DNA from: Candidatus Babelota bacterium
GTDB taxonomy: Bacteria; Babelota; Babeliae; Babelales; Vermiphilaceae
DNA: 64,000 nucleotides
Reading direction: 5' to 3'
Assembly: GCA_049325595.1 (NCBI GenBank)
Contig: JBMOLF010000010.1
Span: forward strand, 220,113-284,112
Position 1 is the first letter of the stretch. Each line of letters opens with the position of its first letter. A program made the position numbers and the translations under genes. This document shows positions 11,479 through 20,460 of the stretch, one piece after another. The notes below the pieces were generated by a model. That model searched no databases and was not told the DNA's origin. It saw only the letters and a program-made list of their open reading frames with translations.

Positions 11479-11874
11479 ATGTCAGTTGATGCAATTGGTA
11501 ATTTTTTAACCATAATAAGAAATGGTGTAATGGCCTCAAAGCCTTGGGTTGTTGCGCCGTATTCAAAAATAAAATTTGATATAGCTACAATTCTTAAAGA
11601 TGAAGGCTTTATCAAAGATGTAGTTGTTCTTGAAAATGATTCGGTAAAAAAAGAAATTAAAATATTTCTTAAGTATATGAATGGCGAATCAGTAATTCAT
11701 GAAATTAAACGTATTAGCACCCCTGGAAGAAGAGATTATGTTGGTTCAAAAGCAATAAAACCAGTAATTGGTGGCTTAGGGCTTTCAATATTAACTACAA
11801 GCAGTGGGGTTATTTCTAATCGTAAAGCAAAAGAATTAGGCGTTGGCGGAGAAGTTCTTTGCACTGTCTGGTAA
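11479..11874 (+). CDS. rpsH: 30S ribosomal protein S8
   Basis: DAIGNFLTIIRNG, ISTPGRR, GGEVLCTVW; ATG at 11479 after AAGGA. Confidence 0.98.
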   Translation: MSVDAIGNFLTIIRNGVMASKPWVVAPYSKIKFDIATILKDEGFIKDVVVLENDSVKKEIKIFLKYMNGESVIHEIKRISTPGRRDYVGSKAIKPVIGGLGLSILTTSSGVISNRKAKELGVGGEVLCTVW

Positions 11875-11889
11875 GATTAAAGGTTAGCT

Positions 11890-12444
11890 ATGTCAAAAAT
11901 TGGAAGAAAACCTATTGATATCAATGGTGTTCAGATAGATATCAAAGGACAAGAAATACACTATAAAGGCAAGAAAGCTTCTGGTATTCACGTGTTGCCA
12001 GAATTTTTAAAGGCTGAAGTTAAAGATAATGCGTTGGTGATTACCACAAAAGGCGCACGTAAAGGTTTAAGCACCCGCGAAGTTAATAGAGAATGGGGCT
12101 TAAATAGAGCTTTATTATATAATAAGATTAAAGGATCTCAAGCTGAATTTGAGCGACAAGTTCAAATAACTGGTCTTGGTTTTAAGGCGGCTGTTGCTGG
12201 GTCTAAAGTTGTTTTCTCTCTTGGTTATAGTCATAAGATAGATTTTGATCTTCCGCAGGGAGTTACATTAGAGGTAGATAAATCTGGCCAAAAATTAGTC
12301 TTCAAGTCAGCAGATAAAGAACTTGTAGGACAAGTTTGTAGCAAAGTTAGATCATTGCGAGCACCAGAACCTTATAAGGGAACAGGTATTCGCGTTGGTG
12401 ATGAAGTAATTGTTCGTAAAGCAGGTAAAACAAAAGCTGCATAG
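11890..12444 (+). CDS. rplF: 50S ribosomal protein L6
   Basis: MSKIGRKPI, LGYSH, PEPYKGTGIR. Confidence 0.99.
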   Translation: MSKIGRKPIDINGVQIDIKGQEIHYKGKKASGIHVLPEFLKAEVKDNALVITTKGARKGLSTREVNREWGLNRALLYNKIKGSQAEFERQVQITGLGFKAAVAGSKVVFSLGYSHKIDFDLPQGVTLEVDKSGQKLVFKSADKELVGQVCSKVRSLRAPEPYKGTGIRVGDEVIVRKAGKTKAA

Positions 12445-12472
12445 TTAGCTTAGAAATATTAGGTAGCAAAAA

Positions 12473-12838
12473 ATGAGCTTGATTAAAAAAAATGAATCAA
12501 GAAAACATCGCAGAGAGTTGCGCGTAAGAAGTCGTTTAAAGGCTGTTGCTACGCATCCGCGCGTATCGGTTTTTAAAAGTTTAAATCATATTTATGCTCA
12601 AATAATCGATGATGCAGCGCATACAACGATTTTGAGCTGTTCTTCTATTGAATTAGAGAAAGCTAATAAAGCAACTGGTGACAAGAAGGCTGTTGCCAAA
12701 GCAGTAGGAATTGAATTGGCAAAAAAAGCGCAAGAACGTGGAATACAGCAAGTTGTATTTGACCGTGGATGTTTTTTATATCATGGTAGAGTGAAAGCTC
12801 TAGCTGAAGGATTGCGTGACGGCGGATTACAAGTTTGA
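12473..12838 (+). CDS. rplR: 50S ribosomal protein L18
   Basis: [24 protein letters not shown]. Confidence 0.99.
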   Translation: MSLIKKNESRKHRRELRVRSRLKAVATHPRVSVFKSLNHIYAQIIDDAAHTTILSCSSIELEKANKATGDKKAVAKAVGIELAKKAQERGIQQVVFDRGCFLYHGRVKALAEGLRDGGLQV

Positions 12839-12859
12839 TCTTTATAGCTGGGATATACA

Positions 12860-13393
12860 ATGACTGAAAATAAAAATGATATGAAAAAAAAGTCCTCTAA
12901 TTTTGTAGATTTCGTAGTCCATGTTGGACGTGTAACTACCGTAACTAAAGGTGGTAAACGTTTTTCATTCTCCGCTTTAGTAGTTTCGGGTGACCAACAA
13001 GGTAACGTTGGAATTGGACTTGGTAAAAGTAAAGAAGTTGCACTTGCTATTGCAAAAGCAACTAACCAAGCAAGAAAAAATTTAATTCCAGTTACTATTC
13101 GTGGTACAACTGTTCCTTACAACGTATTAGGAAAACACGGTTCAAGCCATGTAGTAATCAGACCTGCATATCGTGGTACTGGTGTAATTGCTGGTGGTGC
13201 AGTAAGAGCTGTTATGGAAGCTGCTGGAATTAAAGATGTTTTAACCAAATCAATTGGTTCATCTAACCGACAAAACGTTGTTAAAGCAACCTTAAATGCT
13301 TTAGCAAAACTTCGTTCTGCAAATGACTTGGCAAAATTACGTGGTAAAACTGTAGAAGAATTGGTTGGAGGCAGAAAACATGTTAGTGCTTAA
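12860..13393 (+). CDS. rpsE: 30S ribosomal protein S5
   Basis: [29 protein letters not shown]. Confidence 0.99.
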   Translation: MTENKNDMKKKSSNFVDFVVHVGRVTTVTKGGKRFSFSALVVSGDQQGNVGIGLGKSKEVALAIAKATNQARKNLIPVTIRGTTVPYNVLGKHGSSHVVIRPAYRGTGVIAGGAVRAVMEAAGIKDVLTKSIGSSNRQNVVKATLNALAKLRSANDLAKLRGKTVEELVGGRKHVSA

Positions 13394-13847
13394 TAATTTA
13401 TCATCAGCAGGAAAAAAAAGAAAACGTATTGGTCGCGGCGGTGAAAGAGGTGGTACCTCTGGACGTGGTGGCAAGGGACAAACAGCCCGTTCAGGTGGAT
13501 CAACACGACCTGGATTTGAAGGTGGACAAACTCCATTATTCAGAAGATTGCCAAAACGTGGCTTTAATAACACAGAATTCAAAAAATGTGTTGTTACGGT
13601 TAATATAGATGCTCTTGATAAAGCTTTTGATAATGGAGCAACTGTTGATGCTAATGTACTTCTTGAAAAAGGTCTTATTAAAGTAAAAAAATGCCAAAAT
13701 GGGGCTACAAGAAGATTTTTTGTTAAGGTTCTTGGTAATGGAACATTAACAAAAAAAATTACAATTGAAGCTGATGCATTTAGCCAATCAGCAATCAAAG
13801 CTATTGAAAATTCTGGTGGACAGGTGAAATTAACTAAGGAGATGTGA
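13380..13847 (+). CDS. rplO: 50S ribosomal protein L15
   Basis: GRGGKGQTARSG, GFEGGQTPLFRRLPKRGF; ATG at 13380 after GGAGG. Confidence 0.98.
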   Translation: MLVLNNLSSAGKKRKRIGRGGERGGTSGRGGKGQTARSGGSTRPGFEGGQTPLFRRLPKRGFNNTEFKKCVVTVNIDALDKAFDNGATVDANVLLEKGLIKVKKCQNGATRRFFVKVLGNGTLTKKITIEADAFSQSAIKAIENSGGQVKLTKEM

Positions 13848-13851
13848 AGCA

Positions 13852-15165
13852 GTGGTTTCGTTTGCAAACTTTCTTAATATTTTTTCTATAGCTGAGTTAA
13901 GAAAAAAAATCTTTATAACATTGGGGATGGTTTTGGTGTACCGTTTAGGTGCACACATCCCAGTTATTGGGATTGATGTAAGTGCTCTACACCAATTTAT
14001 GCAGCAAAAGTCTTTATTGGGTGGAATACTTAATTACATAGATCTTTTCTCAGGTGGTATGTTAAAAGAATGTACTCTATTTGCCCTTGGGGTTATGCCA
14101 TATATAACGGCATCAATTATGATGCAATTGTTAAGCATGACAGTACCTTCTTTAGAGCAATTATCAAAAGAAGGTGAATATGGAAGAAAAATTCTTAATC
14201 AGTACACTCGGTATTTAGCTCTCGGAGTTAGTATAGTTCAAGGAATGAGCTATGCATTTGTACTTGAAAGAAATAATTTTGTAATCGATCCGGGCTGGGC
14301 CTTTAGGTTTATGTTTATACTCTCATTGAGTGTTGGCTCGATGTTTGTTATGTGGCTTGGTGAACAAATTTCATTGTTTGGATTAGGTAACGGTAGTTCT
14401 ATTATTATTTTCTCAGGTATAGTATCTCGTTTTCCTACCGATGTTTTATCCACGATTTATCAAGTTCAACAGGGCTTAGTAAGCGGTTTTGTGTCTTTAG
14501 CTGTTTTCTTATTCTTTATTCTTATTGCAGCATGCATAGTTTTTTTAGAAAAAGGCGAAAGAAAAATCCCTGTTCAGTATACCAGACGTGTGGTTGGGCA
14601 ACGAGTCTATGGCGGACAAAGTACCTATATTCCGTTTAAAATAAATGTTCCTGGGGTTATGCCGGTTATTTTTGCAGGTGCCGTTCTTAACGTTCCGATG
14701 TTTTTATCGGTAATGCTTGCTGAAAAATTTGCTTTTTTCAAAATGATATCTGAAAGCATGGTGCCAACTGGATTGTTGTATAATGTGTTTGAATTTATTT
14801 TAATTATTTTCTTTTCATTCTTTTATACGGCTTTGGTTTATAATCCAGACGAATTAGCAGATAATATTAAGAAAAGTGGTGGATTTATTCCTGGAATTAG
14901 ACCTGGAAGAAAAACTTCTGAATTTTTCAATTACATACTAACAAGAATAGGGCTTGTAGGAGCTATTTACCTTGCAGTATTAGCATTACTTCCTAATATT
15001 GTTCGTATGTTTGTAAATGTGCCTTTCAATATAGGCGGAACATCACTTCTTATTGTTGTTGGCGTGGCTATGGATATGGCAGCTCAGATTGAATCATATC
15101 TGATAGAGCATCGTTATGAAGGTTTTTTAACATCTGGTAGATTAAAGGCAAGGGGCGCTCGTTGA
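13852..15165 (+). CDS. secY: Preprotein translocase subunit SecY
   Basis: FALGVMPYITASIMMQL, GNGSS, GVMPVIFA, IPGIRPG, GGTSLLIVV. Confidence 0.99.
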   Translation: MVSFANFLNIFSIAELRKKIFITLGMVLVYRLGAHIPVIGIDVSALHQFMQQKSLLGGILNYIDLFSGGMLKECTLFALGVMPYITASIMMQLLSMTVPSLEQLSKEGEYGRKILNQYTRYLALGVSIVQGMSYAFVLERNNFVIDPGWAFRFMFILSLSVGSMFVMWLGEQISLFGLGNGSSIIIFSGIVSRFPTDVLSTIYQVQQGLVSGFVSLAVFLFFILIAACIVFLEKGERKIPVQYTRRVVGQRVYGGQSTYIPFKINVPGVMPVIFAGAVLNVPMFLSVMLAEKFAFFKMISESMVPTGLLYNVFEFILIIFFSFFYTALVYNPDELADNIKKSGGFIPGIRPGRKTSEFFNYILTRIGLVGAIYLAVLALLPNIVRMFVNVPFNIGGTSLLIVVGVAMDMAAQIESYLIEHRYEGFLTSGRLKARGAR

Positions 15166-15851
15166 TCAATAATTCTATAAAGAAAGTATACATTTTTTTA
15201 GGCCCTCCAGGTTCAGGCAAAGGAACTTTGTCTAATTTATGTGTGAAGCATCTGGGTTGGAGTCAGCTTTCAACTGGTAATCTATGTAGAAAGCACATAG
15301 CTGAGCAAACAGAAATAGGAAAGCAGATAGATTTAGCTTTAAAATCTGGTAAACTTATTTCTGATGAGTTGATTACCGATATGGTAAAAAATTGGCTATT
15401 TGAAATTATTGATCATGTTGATTCGGTAATTTTAGATGGTTTTCCAAGAACTTTACCTCAAGCTCAAGCCTTTGGGGCTATAATTGCAGAAAAAGTGTCT
15501 ACTATAAGTGCTAAAATTGTGAAATTTTCGATTGCAGACAATTTGGTTATTGACCGTATAGGCAGCAGATATGTTTGCAAGAACAAAAACTGTCAAACAG
15601 TTTATTCGTTAGTAGAAAATTCAAATTTAGCGCCTAAAAGATCAATGATTTGCGACAATTGTGATTCAGAGCTTATGAGAAGAAGCGATGATGCTGTTGA
15701 GACGATAACTGAGCGCTTGGTAACCTACCATAAGCATGAGCAGGCATTAATAGATTATTATCTGAAGACTGGTTTTTCTGTGATTGATGTTAATGCTGAA
15801 AGATCTATCGATTGCTTATTTGAGGAATTTAAAAAAATAAATGGAGTTTAA
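15162..15851 (+). CDS. adk: Adenylate kinase (four-Cys LID)
   Basis: GPPGSGKGT, LDGFPRT, RxDD; position after secY. Confidence 0.96.
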   Translation: MINNSIKKVYIFLGPPGSGKGTLSNLCVKHLGWSQLSTGNLCRKHIAEQTEIGKQIDLALKSGKLISDELITDMVKNWLFEIIDHVDSVILDGFPRTLPQAQAFGAIIAEKVSTISAKIVKFSIADNLVIDRIGSRYVCKNKNCQTVYSLVENSNLAPKRSMICDNCDSELMRRSDDAVETITERLVTYHKHEQALIDYYLKTGFSVIDVNAERSIDCLFEEFKKINGV

Positions 15852-16615
15852 TGGTTATGATTACTATTAAAAATAAAGCTTCAATTGAAAAAATGTCTCG
15901 CGCAGGCATACTGTTGCTTGAAGTTTTTGATGCCATTAAACCCTTTATTAAGCCAGGCATAAGTACGGCTGAGATAGATTCAATTGCTGAAAATGAAATC
16001 AAAAAGCGCAATTTAGTTTCTAAATGCAAGGGCTATCATGGTTATAAACATGTTAGTTGTATTTCGGTAAATGATGAAGTTGTGCATGGAGTTCCTTCGG
16101 AAAGAAAAATATTGCGCAGCGGTGATCTAGTAAAAGTTGACATCTGTGTTTCGTGGAACGGTTATTGCGCTGATATGGCACGTCCTTATGTTGTCGATGC
16201 TGTAGATGCTTCAACGATGAAATTTATTTCTGTAGCTCAGGAAGCGCTCAATAAAGGGATTGCTGCTGCTCGAGCTGGAAACCGTTTGACTGATATATCT
16301 GCGGCGATTCAAAAGGAAGTTGAATCTCACGGTTATGGGGTAGTAAGAGATTTTGCTGGACATGGCATTGGAAAACATATGCATGAAGATCCTGAAATTT
16401 TGAACTATGGAAAGCCTGGCCGAGGGCCAATTTTAAGGCCTGGTATGACATTTGCTATTGAACCTATGATTACTTTGGGGAAATATGATGTGTTCATTAC
16501 TGAGGATGGTTGGACGGTTAAAACAGCAGATAAAAGTTTAGCAATGCACGTTGAAGATACTGTTCTGATTACTGAAAGTGATCCAGTAATTTTAACGCGA
16601 CGTATAAATGAGTGA
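15851..16615 (+). CDS. map: Methionine aminopeptidase type I
   Basis: [25 protein letters not shown]; alternative start at 15857. Confidence 0.98.
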   Translation: MVMITIKNKASIEKMSRAGILLLEVFDAIKPFIKPGISTAEIDSIAENEIKKRNLVSKCKGYHGYKHVSCISVNDEVVHGVPSERKILRSGDLVKVDICVSWNGYCADMARPYVVDAVDASTMKFISVAQEALNKGIAAARAGNRLTDISAAIQKEVESHGYGVVRDFAGHGIGKHMHEDPEILNYGKPGRGPILRPGMTFAIEPMITLGKYDVFITEDGWTVKTADKSLAMHVEDTVLITESDPVILTRRINE

Positions 16616-16619
16616 GTTT

Positions 16620-16862
16620 ATGGCTAAAAAGCAAGAATATAAACAAAAAGAAGAAGTAATAAAAGTTGATGGTATTGTCAAAGAGACTTTGCCAAATGCT
16701 ATGTTTCGTATTGAAATTGAGGGTGGCCATGAAGTTTTAGGGCATGTTTCTGGTAAAATGCGCATGCACTATATTAAAATTTTGCCGGGAGATAAAGTAC
16801 AATTGGAGCTTTCTCCCTATGATTTAACTCGGGGAAGAATAATATTGAGATATAAATCATAA
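16620..16862 (+). CDS. infA: Translation initiation factor IF-1
   Basis: [32 protein letters not shown]; alternative start at 16608. Confidence 0.98.
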   Translation: MAKKQEYKQKEEVIKVDGIVKETLPNAMFRIEIEGGHEVLGHVSGKMRMHYIKILPGDKVQLELSPYDLTRGRIILRYKS

Positions 16863-16893
16863 CATCATGTTGTTTCTCTAAGGGAAAGATATT

Positions 16894-17010
16894 ATGAAAG
16901 TAAGAACATCAGTAAAACAAATCTGCACTAATTGTCGCGTTATTAAGCGTAAGGGTGTTGTGCGCGTTATTTGTCAGCGAAATGCCCGCCACAAGCAACG
17001 TCAGGGTTAG
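16894..17010 (+). CDS. rpmJ: 50S ribosomal protein L36 (zinc form)
   Basis: Manual translation [38 protein letters not shown] (38 aa, below the ORF track cutoff). Confidence 0.98.
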   Translation: MKVRTSVKQICTNCRVIKRKGVVRVICQRNARHKQRQG

Positions 17011-17030
17011 TTCACACATAAGGATTAGGT

Positions 17031-17420
17031 ATGGCCAGAATTGAAGGTATAAATTTACCATCAAATAAAAGAATTGAGTATGGATTGACTTATTTATTCG
17101 GCATCGGGTTAAAGTCATCTCAAGATATTTTACGCAAACTCGGTATCAATTTTGATAAGCGCGTTAAAGATTTAAGCAATGAAGAAATTGCTTTAATTCA
17201 AAAAGAGGTTTCATCCAATTATGCAACTGAGGGTGAATTGCGTAAAGAAATTACTATGAACATTAAACGCTTGCAAGAAATTGGTTGCTATCGTGGGCTT
17301 CGTCATAAAAAGGGTCTTCCTGTTCGTGGTCAAAGAACTAAGACCAATGCTCGTACGAGAAAAGGTCCACGTAAAAAAGGCTCCGCTATTGCGTTGAAGC
17401 GTAAAGTTTCTAAAAAATAA
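17031..17420 (+). CDS. rpsM: 30S ribosomal protein S13
   Basis: [26 protein letters not shown]. Confidence 0.99.
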   Translation: MARIEGINLPSNKRIEYGLTYLFGIGLKSSQDILRKLGINFDKRVKDLSNEEIALIQKEVSSNYATEGELRKEITMNIKRLQEIGCYRGLRHKKGLPVRGQRTKTNARTRKGPRKKGSAIALKRKVSKK

Positions 17421-17453
17421 TTGATGCTCATTTATAAGAGGTAAAATAAGCCA

Positions 17454-17837
17454 ATGGCATACAAGAAAAAAACAAAAAAAACCAAAGTTCAGGTTGATTC
17501 TGTAATTGCTCATGTTAAATCTACGTTTAATAATACTTTGGTATCAATTACTACGCTTGACGGAAATGTGCTATTGCGTGGAAGTGCTGGCCAAATGGGT
17601 TTTAAAGGAGCGCGCAAAGGAACTCCATTTGCTGCGGGCCAAGTTGGCAGTACTTTAGCAAAAGAAATGAACTTGATGGGAATCAAGAAAGTTGAAGTTA
17701 ATCTTCAAGGGCCTGGATCTGGTAGAGATTCAGTTGTTCGCTCTTTGCAGGCATCAGGATTAGATGTTCAGGTGTTACGTGATGTTACTCCGTTGCCTCA
17801 TAATGGGTGCAGAGCTCCAAAAAAACGTCGTGTTTAA
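17454..17837 (+). CDS. rpsK: 30S ribosomal protein S11
   Basis: STFNNT, GPGSGR, DVTPLPHNGCR. Confidence 0.99.
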   Translation: MAYKKKTKKTKVQVDSVIAHVKSTFNNTLVSITTLDGNVLLRGSAGQMGFKGARKGTPFAAGQVGSTLAKEMNLMGIKKVEVNLQGPGSGRDSVVRSLQASGLDVQVLRDVTPLPHNGCRAPKKRRV

Positions 17838-17888
17838 TAATACGTGTATTAAGTAACACATATTAAATTTATTGAATTTAAGGTTATT

Positions 17889-18437
17889 ATGGATAATAAA
17901 GTTGCAAAAGGCGGCGCTGATCAATCAACCAAGCGTTCACGTAAATTGTCAGAATATGGCAAACAATTAGAAGAGAAACAAAAAGTTAAGCATATGTACG
18001 GTCTCAGAGAACGTCAATTTAAGCGTTTTTTTGATATCGCAAATAAAATTGCTGAAGGTATGCCTGGCGAAAATTTATTAAGTTTGCTAGAGCGTAGACT
18101 TGATAATACTGTTTATCGTCTTAAATTGGCAAATACAAGATCCCAAGCTCGTCAAATAGTTGTGCATGGACATGTACTGGTAAACGGTAAGAAAGTTCAT
18201 TCTCCATCTTATTTTGTAAAAATAAATGATGAAATTTCACTTGCGCCAAATGTAGTTGATAAACAAATTTTTCTTGAGCAAGTTGTAGATAAACGTTTGA
18301 ACATTGGTGTTAAAGTTCCTGATTGGCTTGAATTAAATAAAAAAGATCGTAAAGGTCGCGTATTGCGCAACCCAGTTCGTTCCGATATTCAAACACCAAT
18401 CGAAGAACATCTCATTGTTGAGTTGTATTCTAAGTAA
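17889..18437 (+). CDS. rpsD: 30S ribosomal protein S4 (short N-terminus)
   Basis: SEYGKQLEEKQK, LERRLDN, ARQIVVHGH, IVELYSK. Confidence 0.97.
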   Translation: MDNKVAKGGADQSTKRSRKLSEYGKQLEEKQKVKHMYGLRERQFKRFFDIANKIAEGMPGENLLSLLERRLDNTVYRLKLANTRSQARQIVVHGHVLVNGKKVHSPSYFVKINDEISLAPNVVDKQIFLEQVVDKRLNIGVKVPDWLELNKKDRKGRVLRNPVRSDIQTPIEEHLIVELYSK

Positions 18438-18486
18438 TTTGGGATAATGCGTTATCAGTAAAGTTAGTATAAGACCGTGAGGTTAC

Positions 18487-19527
18487 ATGGAAAAAAAACA
18501 GTTTAAACCGCTCATTGTACCCAAAATTAGTTGGAATAAAAAAGAGCTTACCAATACTTTTGGTGAGCTAATTGCCCAACCTTTGGAGCCAGGATTTGGT
18601 ATTACACTTGGCAACGCCCTTAGAAGAATTCTATTGGGGGGTGTCGAAGGATCCGCGGTTACATCAGTAATTATTAAAGGCGTGAATAATGAATTTGCGA
18701 GTGTTCATGGTGTTGAAGAAGATACTATGCAACTCGTTTTAAACATTAAAAATATTATAGTTCGTAATAAAAGTGGGTTACCTGGAAAAATGCACCTATT
18801 AGTAAAAGGTGAAGGGGTAGCTCGGGTTGCCGATATTAAAGCTGATGATCATCTTGAGTTAGTTAATACTGATCATGTGCTTGCTCACATTGCTTCAGAT
18901 GGTGAGTTGGATATTGAATTTTTTGTGGAACCAGGTCGCGGTTATAAGGCTGCTCAATGGCCAGCTGATAAGGCTTTACAAGAAGATAACAGAATTTATA
19001 TCGATGCAATGTTTTCTCCGGTAAGAAAAGTTATGTTTGACGTAGAGAAAACACGTGTTGGTAAAGATATCGATTATGACAAGTTAATCTTGCGTATTAC
19101 TACTGATGGTTCTGAAAATCCATTGGATGTTCTTCATTATGCAGTTTCTGTATTGCGTAATCAATTAGAGCATTTCATGCATAGTGCTGAGATTCCATTT
19201 AATGAAATTTCTGCATTGCCAGACGAAGAGAAGAAAAAAGAACCAACCGAAACAGATAGTCTAGGTGGTGTTTCTGTTGAATTACTTGCTAAGCCAGTTG
19301 AAGAATTGGAACTTTCTGTTCGTGCTCATAATTGCTTAATTAATGCTGGTATTAAGAGAATTATTGATCTAGTAAACCTTAACGAAGATGAAGTGTTGAA
19401 GATCAAAAATTTTGGTAGAAAATCACTTAATGAAGTTAAAGATAGCATGAAAGAGTTAGGTTTAACTTTTGGCATGAATATTAAAGAAGCTCAATTGAAA
19501 AAAGTACTTAAGACTGAAGAAGAATAA
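18487..19527 (+). CDS. rpoA: RNA polymerase alpha subunit
   Basis: GFGITLGNALRRILL, DAMFSPV, LELSVRAHNCL, KNFGRKSLNE. Confidence 0.99.
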   Translation: MEKKQFKPLIVPKISWNKKELTNTFGELIAQPLEPGFGITLGNALRRILLGGVEGSAVTSVIIKGVNNEFASVHGVEEDTMQLVLNIKNIIVRNKSGLPGKMHLLVKGEGVARVADIKADDHLELVNTDHVLAHIASDGELDIEFFVEPGRGYKAAQWPADKALQEDNRIYIDAMFSPVRKVMFDVEKTRVGKDIDYDKLILRITTDGSENPLDVLHYAVSVLRNQLEHFMHSAEIPFNEISALPDEEKKKEPTETDSLGGVSVELLAKPVEELELSVRAHNCLINAGIKRIIDLVNLNEDEVLKIKNFGRKSLNEVKDSMKELGLTFGMNIKEAQLKKVLKTEEE

Positions 19528-19558
19528 TTGACTTGATCTTAACATACAGGTTTTAACC

Positions 19559-19915
19559 ATGAAACATCAAAGCGGCAAAGTAAAATTAAATTTGAAACCA
19601 TCACATAAAAGATCGATGGTTCGTAATCAGGCTATTCACTTGATTACTTATGGACATTTAGTTTCTACCAAAGCAAATGTTAAAGAAGTTCAGCGTTTTA
19701 CTGAAAAGCTTGTAACTATTGCACGTGAAGGAAATAATTTTAATGCGCGTCGTCGTGTTAAAGCATTATTGCCATATAAAGAAGAAGCTATTATTAAGCT
19801 CTTTAAAGAAATAGCGCCTAACTATGTATCGCGCCCAGGCGGCTATACCCGTGTAATTAATTTGGGTAGAAGAATTAGTGACACTGCTTTAATTGCAAGA
19901 TTAGAGTGGGTATAA
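19559..19915 (+). CDS. rplQ: 50S ribosomal protein L17
   Basis: EKLVTIAR, RPGGYTRV; follows rpoA. Confidence 0.96.
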   Translation: MKHQSGKVKLNLKPSHKRSMVRNQAIHLITYGHLVSTKANVKEVQRFTEKLVTIAREGNNFNARRRVKALLPYKEEAIIKLFKEIAPNYVSRPGGYTRVINLGRRISDTALIARLEWV

Positions 19916-19919
19916 TTTT

Positions 19920-20162
19920 ATGCCTGAATTAAATATGGTAGAGCAGATAGCTCAATTTATTGAAGAAATGAGACCAGCTATTAAAATGGATGGCGGCGAT
20001 ATTGAGTTTGTAAAATATGAAGAGGGTATTGTATATGTACGTTTAAAGGGTGCATGTGCTACCTGTCAGGCTTCAATGTATACCTTAAAATTAGGTGTTG
20101 AAGAAAGACTCAAAGAATTAGTGCCTGAAGTTATAGAAGTAGTAGCTATTGATCAAGAATAG
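19920..20162 (+). CDS. NifU-like (Nfu C-terminal domain) Fe-S scaffold protein
   Basis: RPAIKMDGGDIE, LKGACATC, TLKLGVEERL. Confidence 0.93.
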   Translation: MPELNMVEQIAQFIEEMRPAIKMDGGDIEFVKYEEGIVYVRLKGACATCQASMYTLKLGVEERLKELVPEVIEVVAIDQE

Positions 20163-20185
20163 CACTATATCTACCAAAAAAAATT

Positions 20186-20217
20186 AAAGTCGCATATTAA
20201 CTATGCGACTTTTTTTA
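20186..20217 (+). terminator. Intrinsic terminator ending the ribosomal superoperon
   Basis: aaagtcgcata-ttaac-tatgcgacttt stem followed by T-run. Confidence 0.85.
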
Positions 20218-20273
20218 TTGGCAAAACAGATTTAAGAATATAAAATTATGTCTTAAATTTTTGAGTCCTATCA

Positions 20274-20450
20274 TTATAAATCTTTAGTAGCAGCATTTAA
20301 TCCTACTGGCCAAATCCCATCCAATTCAGGGTTTGCACTTAAACCAATTGCGCCAATATGTTGATTGTCTTTTGTTATAATTAGTAAATTACCGTCAAGT
20401 AATACAATACCAAGCGGGGCCATTTATCAATGTGCTATTTCGTTGGTCTG
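20274..20450 (-). pseudogene. Probable degraded remnant of a GlcG/HbpS-like heme-binding protein gene
   Basis: 20423..20274 reads MAPLGIVLLDGNLLIITKDNQHIGAIGLSANPELDGIWPVGLNAATKDL, resembling the family C-terminus (GGxPIxxDGxxIGAIGVSG); an out-of-frame RPTK* lies just upstream. Confidence 0.45.
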
Positions 20451-20460
20451 GTGTTTATTT

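Noticed and set aside
583..18437. Many short alternative-frame and antisense ORFs overlapping ribosomal and translation-factor genes
   Set aside because: Shadows of conserved genes; no RBS or recognisable motifs
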